A stretch of 64,000 bases of DNA. Origin: Gnetum montanum (taxonomy: Eukaryota > Plantae > Gnetophyta). A program made the translations under genes and the position numbers. Under the pieces are notes generated by a model. That model ran no database searches. It was given only the letters and a program-made list of their open reading frames with translations, and was not told the DNA's origin. Below, piece by piece: positions 27,279 to 39,879 of this stretch. Within the stretch, counting starts at the first letter, position 1. Each line of letters begins with the position of its first letter. The DNA is taken from positions 279,290-343,289 of the forward strand of contig MNCI01002112.1 of NCBI GenBank assembly GCA_015680685.1. Direction: 5' to 3'.

Positions 27279-28842
27279 TGTGGTGAAAGAAAATGTTGAT
27301 GGCTGGAACACCAAGAGGTTAATGGCTGAATAGTTTAACCTCGAATCTATGCAAGGGCCATGCTGGATAAAATAGAAGCAGGGCCCCCTGAACGGTCTGG
27401 TCGATCATACAGGGACTTAATCGATGTAACTTAAGCTTACATGAATGTTGTTTTAAATGAAAAATACGCCAAGTAAAATCAATTATCAATAAATGCAAGA
27501 ATGAAGGAAATAGTACCAAATAGCGATAACAATAAAGAGATAACAGAATAAACTCAGGTAAGAAAATGCACCGCCCCAAGGTTGCGGGTTCGATTCTTTG
27601 TCTTGTTTGAAAAATGTATAAGAAGTTATACAATGCAGGAGGTGCACAAAAAGTTCAAGAATAACCAGGCTGCTTAAAATGTGCCAACTATGCTCTTGAA
27701 TGTGAACTTGAAAGCCAACTGTTCAAAAATTCCAACGCAAAAAATCAACCAGTGCAAAATGCCAGTGGAAAAAAGCCAACTAATGCAAAAATCCAGTGAA
27801 AAAAAGCCAACCCTTTGAGTATTGTTTGTTGGAGTGTTTATAGGGCCAAGAGTAGGTGAGAAACATGGCTTAGGTGCCACATGTCCTAGACCTCGCTAGA
27901 TGTAATCATGATAGTACTTTGTAGGCATGTTGTCTTGGCTGTGAATTTTGCTATGTTGTAAGCATGCTGTCGAAACTAGAGATGCTGCTTACTACATTGT
28001 CCTACGCTACGTAGCGTAGCACATTGACATAGTGTAGCTGCTTGCTACGCTATGCTATGCTATGTAGTGTAGCGTAGCAAAGTGTAGCCACTGGTTTGAA
28101 TAGAAAACTTGCATTGGAGTCAACAGTATTTGCTGGAAGCCTTGGTGCATGTCGGGTTAACCTTTGGAGCACTTTATTGATTTGCATCTTTGCTATGCTA
28201 TGTAGTGTAGCATAGCGTAGCAACCAATGTAACATGCATTTCTGTCAAAATTGTGGGGTTTCACAAGAAAAATTTTCTTGTGGTTCAAGGGCTAACTGAG
28301 ACAAGGTGATTTTGGAAGTCAAAATGCCATTACATGCAGTTCCTTTGCCGCAATGGCTTGGCAGAGGATTCTTTGCATCTTTCTCCTTCACTATGTTGTG
28401 CTACGCTATGTAGCGTAGCATAGCATAACACCCTGTGCTGGGCACATTTTGACTTTTCCTTGCACGAACATCTTGCAAAAGCTTATATTCAGACGCTTGA
28501 TTGATTTTTCAAAGGCTTGCTACATTGCACAACGTAGCGTAGCGTAGCAGACTTCTCCACTAGAAAACTTGCCAAAACATTTTGTCCATCTTGAACACCA
28601 TCGACAACTCATAGCATAGTTTCTCGGTAGATTGACAATTGGGTAAATTATCTAGGTGGGCAGGCCAGAGAGTCCATTAGGCCTGTCAACTCTAGAGGTA
28701 GAAAACTTGCCAGACTAGTCAGTCTAATCTCAATGTCTACATTTTCCTACCAAACTGTCATGACGCTACACTTGTGGAAGTCTTTGCCTAAACTCCAAGA
28801 CCCTGGTGAAGCAAGAGGGTCTCGAAATTTTATGGTGTTTCA
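27279..28842 (-). repeat. Shared middle LTR of the C complex
   Basis: TGAAACACC...CACCACA termini; PPT CAAAGAGGGGCCAG upstream and PBS downstream in element orientation. Confidence 0.92.
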
Positions 28843-30221
28843 CTGGCCCCTCTTTGTCGACATCTAGAGGATGGGCCCAAGAGACACCGATAAAGAATAC
28901 GAAACACCACAAAAGACAAGATGCTAACATTGCTCTTCAGTAATTGTCTAGATGTCACTTAGTTATGCTTGAGAGTGCCAGGATAATCATGTAGGAAAAG
29001 GGGAAAGGGTGGATCTGCAGGGATAATTTTGGGAAGGGAAAGATGTAGCAGAGTGGGGTCCCTCATCGAAGTGCTTGTGAGCAAGTCGTTATGCATGGGC
29101 ATCTTTCTTTTGTAGGTTTTTGACCTCTTGTCGAAATGCTTAGAGATGGTCATTGCGAAATAGCTGATGTGCCATTTCTTTTGGGCACATGTTTTTTTTT
29201 TGAGATTTTGCTCTTTCACACTTTTCTTTTGTTGTTTTGACATGTTCATTTGCAAACAACCTTATTGCAAGATAGGTGTTTCCTCCCCAAGATGAGTTGC
29301 ATCAAATCCATGTGGGGCTTTGACCTACCTACAGATTCTTCCCATGCGGTGAGTTGTGTTACGCGCATCATGGACTTTGCAGTTGAGCATATGGGAGTGC
29401 TTTACAGGCATCAGGAAAATTCGTAAAAAGAGGTGTGAGAAGGAGGATCGTAGGTGTAAGAAACGAGGTAAAGGAGGTTAAGGGGGAGGACAGCATGTGC
29501 ACTCCTAAGTAGCCAATCTAGTCAAGACGACCACCTTGGAACGATGTAGTGTCCTACCACCTTGGCGAAATGCACCTCTGACCAACACCCCTCCAGCACG
29601 TACCCTGCAAACACAATAGAGAGAAAACCAGAAGAAATAACCATTAAGCAAAACGAAGGAAAAGGTCTTGCTCACTTTGGACGCTGCTAGAGCAATGGAA
29701 GTTGTTGCTGAGGCATGTAACGTCCAAACCAAAAAGGCCAACAGTGGTTTTGGTAGCTTTAGCATGGCATGGTTGGCATCGAGAAGGCTAGGAGTTGCGG
29801 CGATGTGGGTGCTTAGGAGTCCTTGCCCAAGGAAAAAATCATGCATCTCAGCTATAAGGTGAAAGGCCTAATAGCTGAATGTCTTTTAGGCATAGGTGAT
29901 GATGAGAGCTGGAGGGTAGCAACCTTGTGGCTGGGCCACAATAGTGTTGGGACTCCAGCAGTAGGCACCAACCATAGGAGCTACTACTAGAACAATGGGC
30001 CATGGTAGTGGTAGCTCTGAAAGGTCAACAAGATGTTAGATGACATCTTTGGAGGATCAGCAAGATGCCAGGGGCAATGGCGTTGCACATATTCTAGAGG
30101 ATGTTTTCTTGGCATCATGAACTGTGATGTAGAACTGCAACGTCCCACCCCATGTCGACACTATGGATGCTCACTTATTTGAATGGTCATGGATGCACAT
30201 TGAAGATGTTGTGCCATGAAA

Positions 30222-30668
30222 CCAGTTTAAGGTCCTGGTAGATCATGGTGTGCTAGTTTAAAGTCCCAGCAAATCGTGATGTGCTAGTTTAAGGTCCTAG
30301 CAGACCACTGTGCTAGTTTAAGGTTCCAATAGACTACTGTGCTAGTTTAAGGTCCCAGCAAACTGCTATGCTAGTTTATCATCGTAGCGGATGGTGGATG
30401 GGCCAGTTTAAGGTCATAGCAAATGGTGGTTGGGCCAGTTTAAGGTCATAGTGGACCATCTGTGCTAGTTTTATGTGATAGCGGATGAGCTTTGCAAGTT
30501 TTACATCATGGTGGATGGTTTGTGCTAGTTTATAGTCATAGTGGACTATCTGTGCTAGTTTATAGTCATAGTATACTATTTTTGCTAGTTTTACGTCATA
30601 GTGGATGACCTTTGCCAGTTTTACGTCGTAGAGGATGACCTTTGCCAGTTTTATGTCATAGCGGATGA
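30222..30668 (-). repeat. Post-integrase array of C2 (~30-bp period)
   Basis: About 15 copies of the same core as 19355-19740. Confidence 0.9.
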
Positions 30669-30689
30669 TTTGCTTACCTTGCTCATGCA

Positions 30690-33278
30690 TCAGATGTAGT
30701 ACGACTTGAGATACGAATGATTCACAGGATTCATGAACTCTTTGTCATCCATGTATGCCAGCTTAAAGGCTCTATTCCCATAGGTTTTCATGACCATGAA
30801 TGAACCTTCCTAGTTTGCTGAGAACTTGTTCACATGTTCATGGATAGACTTAAGAATGAGGTTCCCCTTTTTTATTGGTCGTTGATGTGGGTTTGCATGA
30901 TGCTTCTACCGTTGCCTGTCTTGATATTGCTCAATGTGGCCAAGTGTTTGTGCACACTCCTCCTCTATGGAGTCAAGGTCGATGATCCTCGACTCATTCT
31001 TCTGGGCTTCGTTCACTACATTTGATAGGATCATTCAAAGCAACGATACCTACAACTCAAGAGGTAACACTGCTTCAGATCTGTAAAAAAGGTTGTAAGG
31101 AGTTTTACCTGTTGCCATTCTACATGTCGTTCTGTAAGCCCATAGCACATAGAGGATTTGCTTGTGCCATCACCTCTTGTTATTGCTAAGCATCTTCTTG
31201 AGCAAGTTGATGATGGCTTTGTTCATAGATTCTACCTATTCGTTTGCCTATGAATAGCATGAAGAGGAAAAGGATTGCTTAATGCCAAGGTTGTTGCAAA
31301 AATTTTTGGTTTCCGCACTACTAAATTGTGGCCCATTGTCTATCACAATAGTCATGGGAAGCCCAAACCTTGTCACTATGTTATCCAATATAAAGTGACA
31401 AAATTATTGAGATGTAGTCTTCCTAAGGAGGATAGCCTCTACCCACTTTGTAAAGTACTCAATGGTGGTGATAATGAAGCTATGCCTTGCGGAAGACTTA
31501 GGTGTGATAGGTCCTATAATGTCTAGTTCCCATCGTTGGAATGCCCATGTGATCTGTACCTTTTCAGGCATAGACCTTAGTGATTTGATTGACAACGAGT
31601 TGTGAATCACCTCAGATTACCAGATGTTGAATTTTTAATGCTCAGGCTGCTAAGAGGCCCCTAAGGAGTCCTTCGTACTTTGCCATGTTATTCGTACAAA
31701 GGAACACGAAACAATAAACAAACGATTGGATGTTCCCAAAAGGGAACATAATGACGGCAGCTACTCTACCACCTCGCATAGTCGAGGCACCGTCGAAATG
31801 CAAAGTAGCTTTTAAACATAATGGGATAGAGTTGATGGTGTTAATGTGCTCGATAGAGAATTTGGATTCTATGGTTGCCCGATCATCAATAGGTGAGGTC
31901 ATGAGTTGCGTAGCTATGGCTTGCCCTTTCGTCAATGATTGGGTCACATAATGCAAATCGAATTCCGCGATTATAGCTTTCCACCAGGCTATCTTGCTAC
32001 TTTCATATAGATTATTCGTGATCACCCATAGTACATTGCTTTTGCATATAATGTTGACTTTGCTATGGAACAGATAATGCCTCCACTTTTTTAATGTAAA
32101 CACTAGGGTGAGTCAGTTTCTTTTCACCTCATTGTACTTTTCCTCATATGCTATCAATGCATGACTCAGGTAATAAACTGAAATCTTAGAGCCATCATCT
32201 CTTCTCTGACATAACAGTGTCGCAGTAGACATATTTGAGGTGGTAAGGTAGATGTAGAAAGGCTTATCCCTTTGGGGTGGGTAAACAGTTGGGAGGTGTA
32301 AAAGCTCTTTCTTTAGGTCATTGAAGGCTTTCTGGCATTGTGTTGTCCATTCGAAGTTAATCCCTTTCTTTAGTAAGCGTTGCATGAGGTGTAACTTATC
32401 AGTCAACTTTGCTATAAACCTTATAATGAACTATATCCTACCTCGCAACCTGCACAATTCTTTAAGGTTTGTAGGGGGCGCTAGATTAATGATGGTCTTA
32501 ACTTTATCAAGGACCACTCGTATTCCAGCCTCTGATACTACAAACCCTAGCATGCATCCGATTTTTACCTCGAAGACACACTTCTTTGGATTGAGGCATA
32601 AGCCATGCATCTGGCAGCATTTGAGGACTACACATAGATCGTTGGGATGGTCAGCAACCTCTTTAGCTTTGACGGCTATTTCATCCACATAGTTGTTTAG
32701 TGTTTCTAGGATGTAGTTGCTAAAGATGTATGTCATGACTCTTTGGTAGGTTTCTCCAGCATTTTTGAGTTGAAAGGGCATCATAGTGTAACAAAAAGTA
32801 CCCCATGGGGTCATGAAAGTGGTTGTTAACTGATACTCTAGGTTGGTAAGAATTTGATTATAGCTGGAGAAATCATCCATGAAGGACAGTAGAGCATGAC
32901 TAGTCGTAGTGTCGATGAGTTGATCAATACTCAGTAGTGGGAAGTCATCTTTGATCATTTCTTTGTTCAGATCCCGAAAGTCTATACAGATTCATATTCT
33001 TCCCATTTTCTTAAAAAACTACAATGATGTTCGACACCCAATCTAAGTAATCAACTACCCAGATGAAACTAGCCTGATACAGCTTAGTGATTTCATTGTG
33101 TACGGCCAGTGCGATCTCTGGTTTAATCCTATGAGCCTTTTGTTTAACTACCTTCACATGTGGGTCTAAGACAATGCTATGCTATACAAGCCTTGGATCT
33201 GGGTTTACCTATCTTATAAGCTTTCCATGTGGGCCTACCAAGGCTAGAAGTGAAGGTAGATCACGATGCATAGCCATT
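30690..33278 (-). pseudogene. pol: pol of C2: RT, RNase H, aRH, integrase C-terminal half (deletions at ~33200 and ~31560)
   Basis: MPFQLKNAGETYQR, NNYVDEI, KPFYIYL, LHFDGAS, CTNNMAKYEGLL, WAFQRWELDIIGP. Confidence 0.92.
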
Positions 33279-33417
33279 CTTGCTTAACCTTCCATAATAA
33301 CATGAAAGCCAAGTCAAGTGATACTTGTTTGTGGCAACAATGCATAGTAAATATTTGCAAAGCATCAATGAAATATGAAATGGTTAAAATGATTGTCAAC
33401 TATGATGCAAAATTCGC

Positions 33418-34205
33418 AAGCTGCTAGTTTAAGGTCATAGCGGACCGCTAACTTGATCAAATTGTAAATCAAAACTGCTAGTTTAAGGTCTTTGTGGACT
33501 ATTAACGGGTTAGGTTTGTAAGTCAAAACTATTATTTTAAGGTCTTTGTAGACCACTAAAGATGGTTGAACCCATGAGTCAAAACTGCTAGTTTAAGGTC
33601 TTTGCAGACCGCTAATGAGCTATTGACTTGGAAGTTAGGCATTGGGTGGACATTACTGAAGAGGAGGTCTTGTGGTGCCTCTGGGCCGGTTTGGATCACA
33701 TACCCCTTGAGATAGATGTGAGGCTGTCTCAGGTTAGTCACTTTTTTATGATGCAACAATTTATTTTATTCTAGCTTTTATTGTGACTTTAGCTGACTAC
33801 TTTAATTTTTGTGATACAAAATCCGGATGAAGATACAAGGCCCTCTGAGGGAGGGAACGATGGTGGAGAGGACAATGATGTAGAGGAAGATGATACATAA
33901 TAGCAAGGGATCTTATTTTTATTTTTCAAAAGAATACTACAAACATTATTTAATTGAGACTTTAAATTGAAGATGAATTATGACAAGATTCATTTTATTT
34001 TGGCTTGTGTATTATTTATGTCATCTGCTTTTATCTTCTTCTTTTTTGTCTTTAGTTTTAGGCCATTTTGGGTAGTTGTCAGGTGATAAAATTTTTTTGG
34101 ATAGCTAGTTTTAGGCCTTGGCGGGCTGCAATTATAGTTTAAGGCCATTTTGGGCCATGACAATGATAGTAAAGGAAAATTTTGCTAGTTTTAGGCCTTA
34201 GTGGG
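33418..34205. other. Collapsed PR-RT spacer of C2: motif arrays (33418-33612 and 34052-34205) enclosing the last two exons of the antisense gene (+, ~33625-33900)
   Basis: Four or more GCTAGTTTWAGGYC copies on each side; HWVDITEEEVLWCL...SQ followed by a GTTAGT donor, then an acidic terminal exon. Confidence 0.7.
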
Positions 34206-34364
34206 CCGTAGTGTGAAGTAGACAATGGATGTTATGTAAACAGTTTTAAGAATGAGTTAGAAAATTAGCATAGACAAATGAATATAAGGCAAACAAGGAA
34301 TGAATGTATTATGAATGTTAATTGGGTAAGGAGCAGTGGAGTTGCTATGCTACACGAGTAACGA

Positions 34365-37300
34365 TTATCCTCGCAATTGCTTTCTAACCCATCCTGGGTT
34401 TTGCGACACGTAAGGATGAGAGGATTTGTTGCGATATTCTTCTATGTTGTCTTCTACTACTTGAAAAGGCAACTCAGCCCACGTAGTTTCATTTTCTGAG
34501 CCGGCATCTTGGGCCGGCTCTTTTGTCAAACAGTTAGTGTCAACAAAAATAGGTGCCTCATTCTCAGAGGTTATGACCTTTAAACCTTGCTCCATATCTA
34601 CATTATTTATTTCCTAGGTTGTTACCTCGTTACCATGGATCACCACCTCCCTACCTACATAAGGTAGATGGATTTCCTGATGTATGGATGAAGAGACAAT
34701 CCTAAGTTGGGCTAACCATGACCTCCCCAAGATCAGGTTAAACCTAGGCATCTCTTCCAGCATGATAAACTTTGCATTTGTGGGGAACTGGTCCCCTGCC
34801 ACAAAGTCAATGTGAATGGTGCTTTTCACCACTACCCGTGCCCCATTAAATGACTTCAAACATGACGTTGTCGTGGATTTGATTTGATTTACCAAACCCA
34901 GATTGTCCACTATGGGGAATGGGATGACGTTTGTAGAAGCCCCGTCATCAACTTGTACTCTTCGAATCTTATGTTGGTCGACCCAAATTGTGATGAATAG
35001 ACGTGCTGTTGTTACCTGACCCTTTTCAAGGTCTTCCCTAATAGACTCATCGCAGAATGTCAATTGGGATGGCCATGGTCCTTTAGGCGTAGAAGGAAGC
35101 ATAACTAAATGGATTGCTTTCTCCTTTGCCAGCATGTTCTCGTCAACTGATATGGACGTTAGCATGCGAACCAGAGCCTCATGGTGTGCGGTGGAAGTCA
35201 TTACTAGGTCATATAGGCTCAATGTTGTATTTTCTTATTTTAGAGCCTGTTTTACCTGAGTAAGAGTGCTTAGGAGATCATGTCCACCTTCCTATTTTTA
35301 CTGCCCTTCTCTTCTTCCATCCATCCTAAAAGATGAATTTCCCGAGTAGGGGTAGTTTCGGGTTTGGGGTTGGACCCTTTCGGGCCAGGTGATGATGACT
35401 GTGCACCTGTAGCAATGTTAACTTTTGGTGATGAGGTAGGCGTAGATGTAGAAACTGAAGGAGTAGGCTTGGAAGGACCTGGGGCGGTACATTCCATAGT
35501 CATTTCACTTGTTAAACGTTCTTCCTGTTTCTTTGAATGAGAGGGCTGTGATGTCGTCTTATGTGGGATGGGGGTGGTTGAGTGGCTTGGCCTCCTAATG
35601 ATGAAGGATGTTTGTGACATTAGTGTGGGCGGTGATGCGATCTTGTTTACAGAAGGTGCAGAGGTGGATGTTCGAGGAGGGACCTTTAAGACGAATGATT
35701 GTTGTAGTGTTTTTTTAGCCGTTGTTGGTGTTGGTGCACTACGCTGAGGCACGTGAACCATAAATGGTCGCTAAGGCAGTTTGGGATTACTATCTACGCC
35801 AATGGTGTTGATGATGTATCCTGCATCATTGGTGTTGAGCGGCTCCTTGTAAACATACAAGGAATGATTTTCAGGGTGAACTGGATTACTTTCGTCCAGC
35901 ACCAACTTCCCTTGATCAATCATCCACTGAATGTCATCTTTTAAGGCTAGACAGTAATCTGTGTCATGACCACAGAGTTGGTGGTAGTTATAGAACCATT
36001 CCAGCCTGAAATTATTAGGAACTGGGGGCTCATTGGGAAAAGCCAAGGAGGGGTTCCTAAGGAGTTCGTAGTACCATTGATGGCTTTTGGTTGCCTCCTC
36101 TGACATCCGCTTGTGTTGAATATACCCTACCCCTAGCAATTACTTCAGGAGTTCTGAAGGATTGACAGGTAGCAAGTGTATTTAGAGCAATCTTTACACT
36201 CGAAATTGAGACTAGGCTAGGTGGGTGCTTTGGGTGCCCACGTGGAGGATTAAGTGGCGTTGCCTAGGTTACGCATGGGGTTAGTTGGTGCTATGGTTGC
36301 TTTCTTGTTATTGTTGTTTTTGGGTTGGGCCTTTTTTGCCACGGCGACCACCGTGGCTATTGCTGCCTTGCCCTTATCTTTGTCCCTTTTGATCTACATG
36401 TTTTTAAATGCAACATAGGCTAGATCTTTGCTTGCCTCAGCCCCGTCTTGAATACTCTTGGTCTAGGCAAAAGCTTAACTAAGAGTTCATGGAGCTAGGT
36501 AGTACAATTTGGACCTAATAAAGTCATTCACTGCACCCTTAAAGATGGCTAGTAGATGGGCCTCCACGATAGGCTCACGAATCTTATTCAGGGTAGCGCC
36601 CCACCGCTGTATAAATTTTTGGACTGATTCCAACAGATCTTGCTTGATGCTCATTAACTGATCCAGCGTAACCTCTGGTTTCAAGTTATACTTGAAATGA
36701 GTTACATACTGAGTTAGCAACTCCTCTAAGGTTGAGATAGAAGAGTTTGGGAGTGCGCGGTACCAATCTAAAGCTTTGCCCGTCAGAGACATAGCAAAGA
36801 CATAGATGATGGTGTGTAGCCATTATTGCAATAGAAGGGACTCAGATCTAAACGTCATGAGATGCACATTGGGGTCACCCTCCCTGTTGTATTTTGTAAA
36901 GTGGGGGAGTGGCATCCTGGGGAGTAATGTGAGCATGGGGACTGTTGGGTTGATGGGATCGTCATGGTAGAAATCCATGACTTGTACTGTGTCAAAACCG
37001 ATAGCTTTCAAATGCTTAATTTCTTCAGTAAGGGTCTCGATAAGTTGGAATGCTTAGTCCAGACCTGGGGATGATGCAGATGGTTGTGGAGTTGCAAGGG
37101 CAGCAACCATTGGTAGCGTGGTAGGGGCAACGACCTGACTCATAGGTGGCACTATTGTGGCGGCCCCTACGAAGGGTGCCACTTGTGCTATCCACCACCC
37201 AGTGGGTGGTGCTATTGGAGTGGCGACTGGTGGTGGTGCCATAGGATAGGTTGTTTGCATGATCGATGGTGTAGACCATAGTCCCCCACTTGGTTGTACC

Positions 37301-38178
37301 ATTTGTGAGACTTGGTATGCTTGATGGTGAGCGTAGTGCAACATTTGGGAAGGTTGCGAAGCAGGGGGAGAAGTGAATGGAATCCACCATGTGGCTGGGG
37401 ATGGGCCCACCACTGATGGTGGAACAAGTGTCGATGCTGGAATGGAAGTAGAGACTTTATGCAATTGCGATGTAGGTACTGTGTGCACATAAGGCAGGGT
37501 AGCTATGATCGGTGCTTGGTGCGATGAAGGGATAGATTGGGAAACAGATTATGGAGGGATAGTGCCTAGAAAGGAGATGAGGGAGTAGGCATGTTGATCT
37601 GCCGAGGGTATGGCATCGCTACCTATGACTAATGGAATGATAGTTTATGATGGGGTAGACGTAATCATAAAGGGAGCAGTCGTGAAGAGTAGGTTCGCCT
37701 AGAAAGACGGGGTGGGAGGGATAGTCATAGGGTTAGTTTGACCCCCACCCTTAGACTGGGAATCTAGGTCCTCTTGTCCATCCTGAAACACCTCGTCATA
37801 GTGGGATGCTATGTCTTGCTACTCCCTAGACCTACATGTCCATACTAGTTGATCTAAGATCCACTGATACGTTTGCGTCAAGGGAATGAAAGCACCAAGG
37901 GTAGGGACAAATTCCCTCCCATTGCGGTAAAGGAACTCGAATTTACGTTTGTCTTTGAATTCATGGGCATCCAAGGGCAGATTCATGTGGATCTTAGCAC
38001 AGAGGAAATTGTAAATTTTAGTGTGTTGTACTAAGCTCTCAGGTGATCAATTGTGGATCTTGAGAGATCGGCGTGGCCCTTGCACTAGGCTAGGTGGTCG
38101 CTTGGCACCTATAGTGCCCTGAATCGAAAAAGGGACCTCAAGGTTTAAGGTGGCAATGGCGGTGGTTGAGGCAATCAT
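34365..38178 (-). pseudogene. gag: gag-protease of C2
   Basis: ALDWYRALPNSSISTLEELL, zinc-knuckle-like YNYHQLCGHDTDYC, protease VQVDDGASTNVI...LILGRSWL. Confidence 0.9.
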
Positions 38179-38398
38179 TTTTGCAAGGTTGAAAATGGTT
38201 TGCGAGCAAGAAAGGACAGAGATCAAGAGGGGATCAAAGGCTTTTCTTCCTACAGGGTTCTAAAGAAACCATCGTTGCGACCAGCCTGTACCACATGATG
38301 CATAAACAACCGCAAGGGTGTCACGTTTACGCTAATGAGTGTCAGGGTATAGAGAGCATGCAGGATTACCCGTGGGACACAAAAAAGGCACCAAAAAG

Positions 38399-38415
38399 CC
38401 CTCCTTCTAATGCCA
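38399..38415 (-). promoter_or_regulatory. PBS of C2 (tRNA-Asn type)
   Basis: TGGCATTAGAAGGAGGG, 5 nt from the LTR end. Confidence 0.78.
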
Positions 38416-38420
38416 AAAAC

Positions 38421-39879
38421 TGTGGCAAACGAAAACATTAGTGGCTGGAACACCAAGAGGTTGCCAAGTGAATAGTTTAACCTCGGATCTATGTGAGGAC
38501 CATGCTAGATAAAATGAAAGTGGAACGCCCTGAACAGTCTGGTCAATCAGACAGGGACTTAATCGATGTAACATAACCTTATGTGAACGTTAGTTTAAAT
38601 GCGAAATACGCAAGGCAAAATCGATTATCAATAAATGCAAGAATGAAGGAAATAGTGCCAAACAATAATAACAATAAAGAGATAACAGAATAAACTCAAG
38701 TAAGAAATTGCACTACCCCAAGGTTGTGGGTTCGATTCTTTGTCTTGTTTGAAAAATGTATAAGAAGTTATACAACGCCGGAGGTGCACAGAGAGTTCAA
38801 GAATAACCAGGTTGCTCAAAATGTGCCAACTATGCTGTTGAATGCGAACTTGAAAGCCAACTGTGCAAAAAATCAACCAATGCAAAATGCCAATGCAAAA
38901 AAGCCAGCCCTTTGAGCGTTGTTTGTCGGAGTATTTATAGTGCTAGGAGTAGGCAAGAAACGTGGCTTAGGTGCCACGTGTCCTGGACCCTGCCATATGC
39001 AATCATGACAGTACCTGTAGGTGTGTTGTGCTAGTTGCGAATTTTGCTACATTGTAACCACGTTGAAGATGCTACTTACTATGTTGTGCTACGCTACGTA
39101 GCGTAGCGCATTGACATAGCGTAGCCACCGGTTTGAACAGAAAACTTGTGTTGGAGTCCACAGTATTTGCTGGAAGCCTTGGTGTACGTCGGGTTAACCT
39201 TTGGAACACTTTATTGATTTGCATCTTTGGTACGCTACGTAGCGTAGCATAGCGTAGCAGCCAATGTAACATGCATTTCTATCAAAATTGTGGGGTTTCA
39301 CAAGAAAACTTTGCTTGTGGTTCAAGGGCTAACTAAGACAAGGTGATTTTGGAAGCCAAAATGTTGTTAGATGTAGTTACTTTGCCGCAACGGCTTAGTA
39401 GAAGAGTCTTTGCATGTTTCTCCTTTGCTACGCGGTGCTATGCTATGTAGCGTAGCATTGTATAGCACCCTATGTTAAGCAAATTTTGACTTTGCCTTGC
39501 GTGAACATCTTGCCAAAGCTTGTATTCGGACGCTTGATTAATTTTTCAAAGGCTTGCTACGTTGCGCAACGTAGCGTAGTGTAGCAGACTTCACCACTAG
39601 AAAACTTGCCAAACTATTTTTTCCATTCTGAACACCGTCGACAACTCCTAGCACACTTTCTGGGTAGACTGACAGTCGGGTGAATTATCCAGGTGGGTAG
39701 GCCAGAGAGTCCATTGGGCCTGTCAGCTCTTGGGGTAGAAAACTTGCCAGACTGGTCAATCTAATTTCAGTGCCTACATTTTCCTACCAAACTGTCATGA
39801 CACTACACTTGTGGAAGTCTTTGCCTAAACTCCAAGACCCTGGAGAAGCAAGAGGGTCTCAAAATTTTATGGTGTTTCA
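38421..39879 (-). repeat. 5' LTR of C2
   Basis: TGAAACACC...GCCACA termini; host flank GACGA follows at 39880. Confidence 0.92.

Larger units (their letters stand above)
16609..39879 (-). mobile_element. Three-LTR tandem complex of two Tat-type elements (C2 then C1 in element orientation) sharing the middle LTR
   Basis: Three similar co-oriented LTRs; the middle LTR has a PPT on one side and a PBS on the other; the two internal regions are homologous. Confidence 0.9.

Noticed and set aside
30379-30690. 103-aa ORF with YDVKLAK decapeptide repeats
   Set aside because: It is the translation of the 30-bp array; the homologous arrays have variable periods and do not keep the frame.
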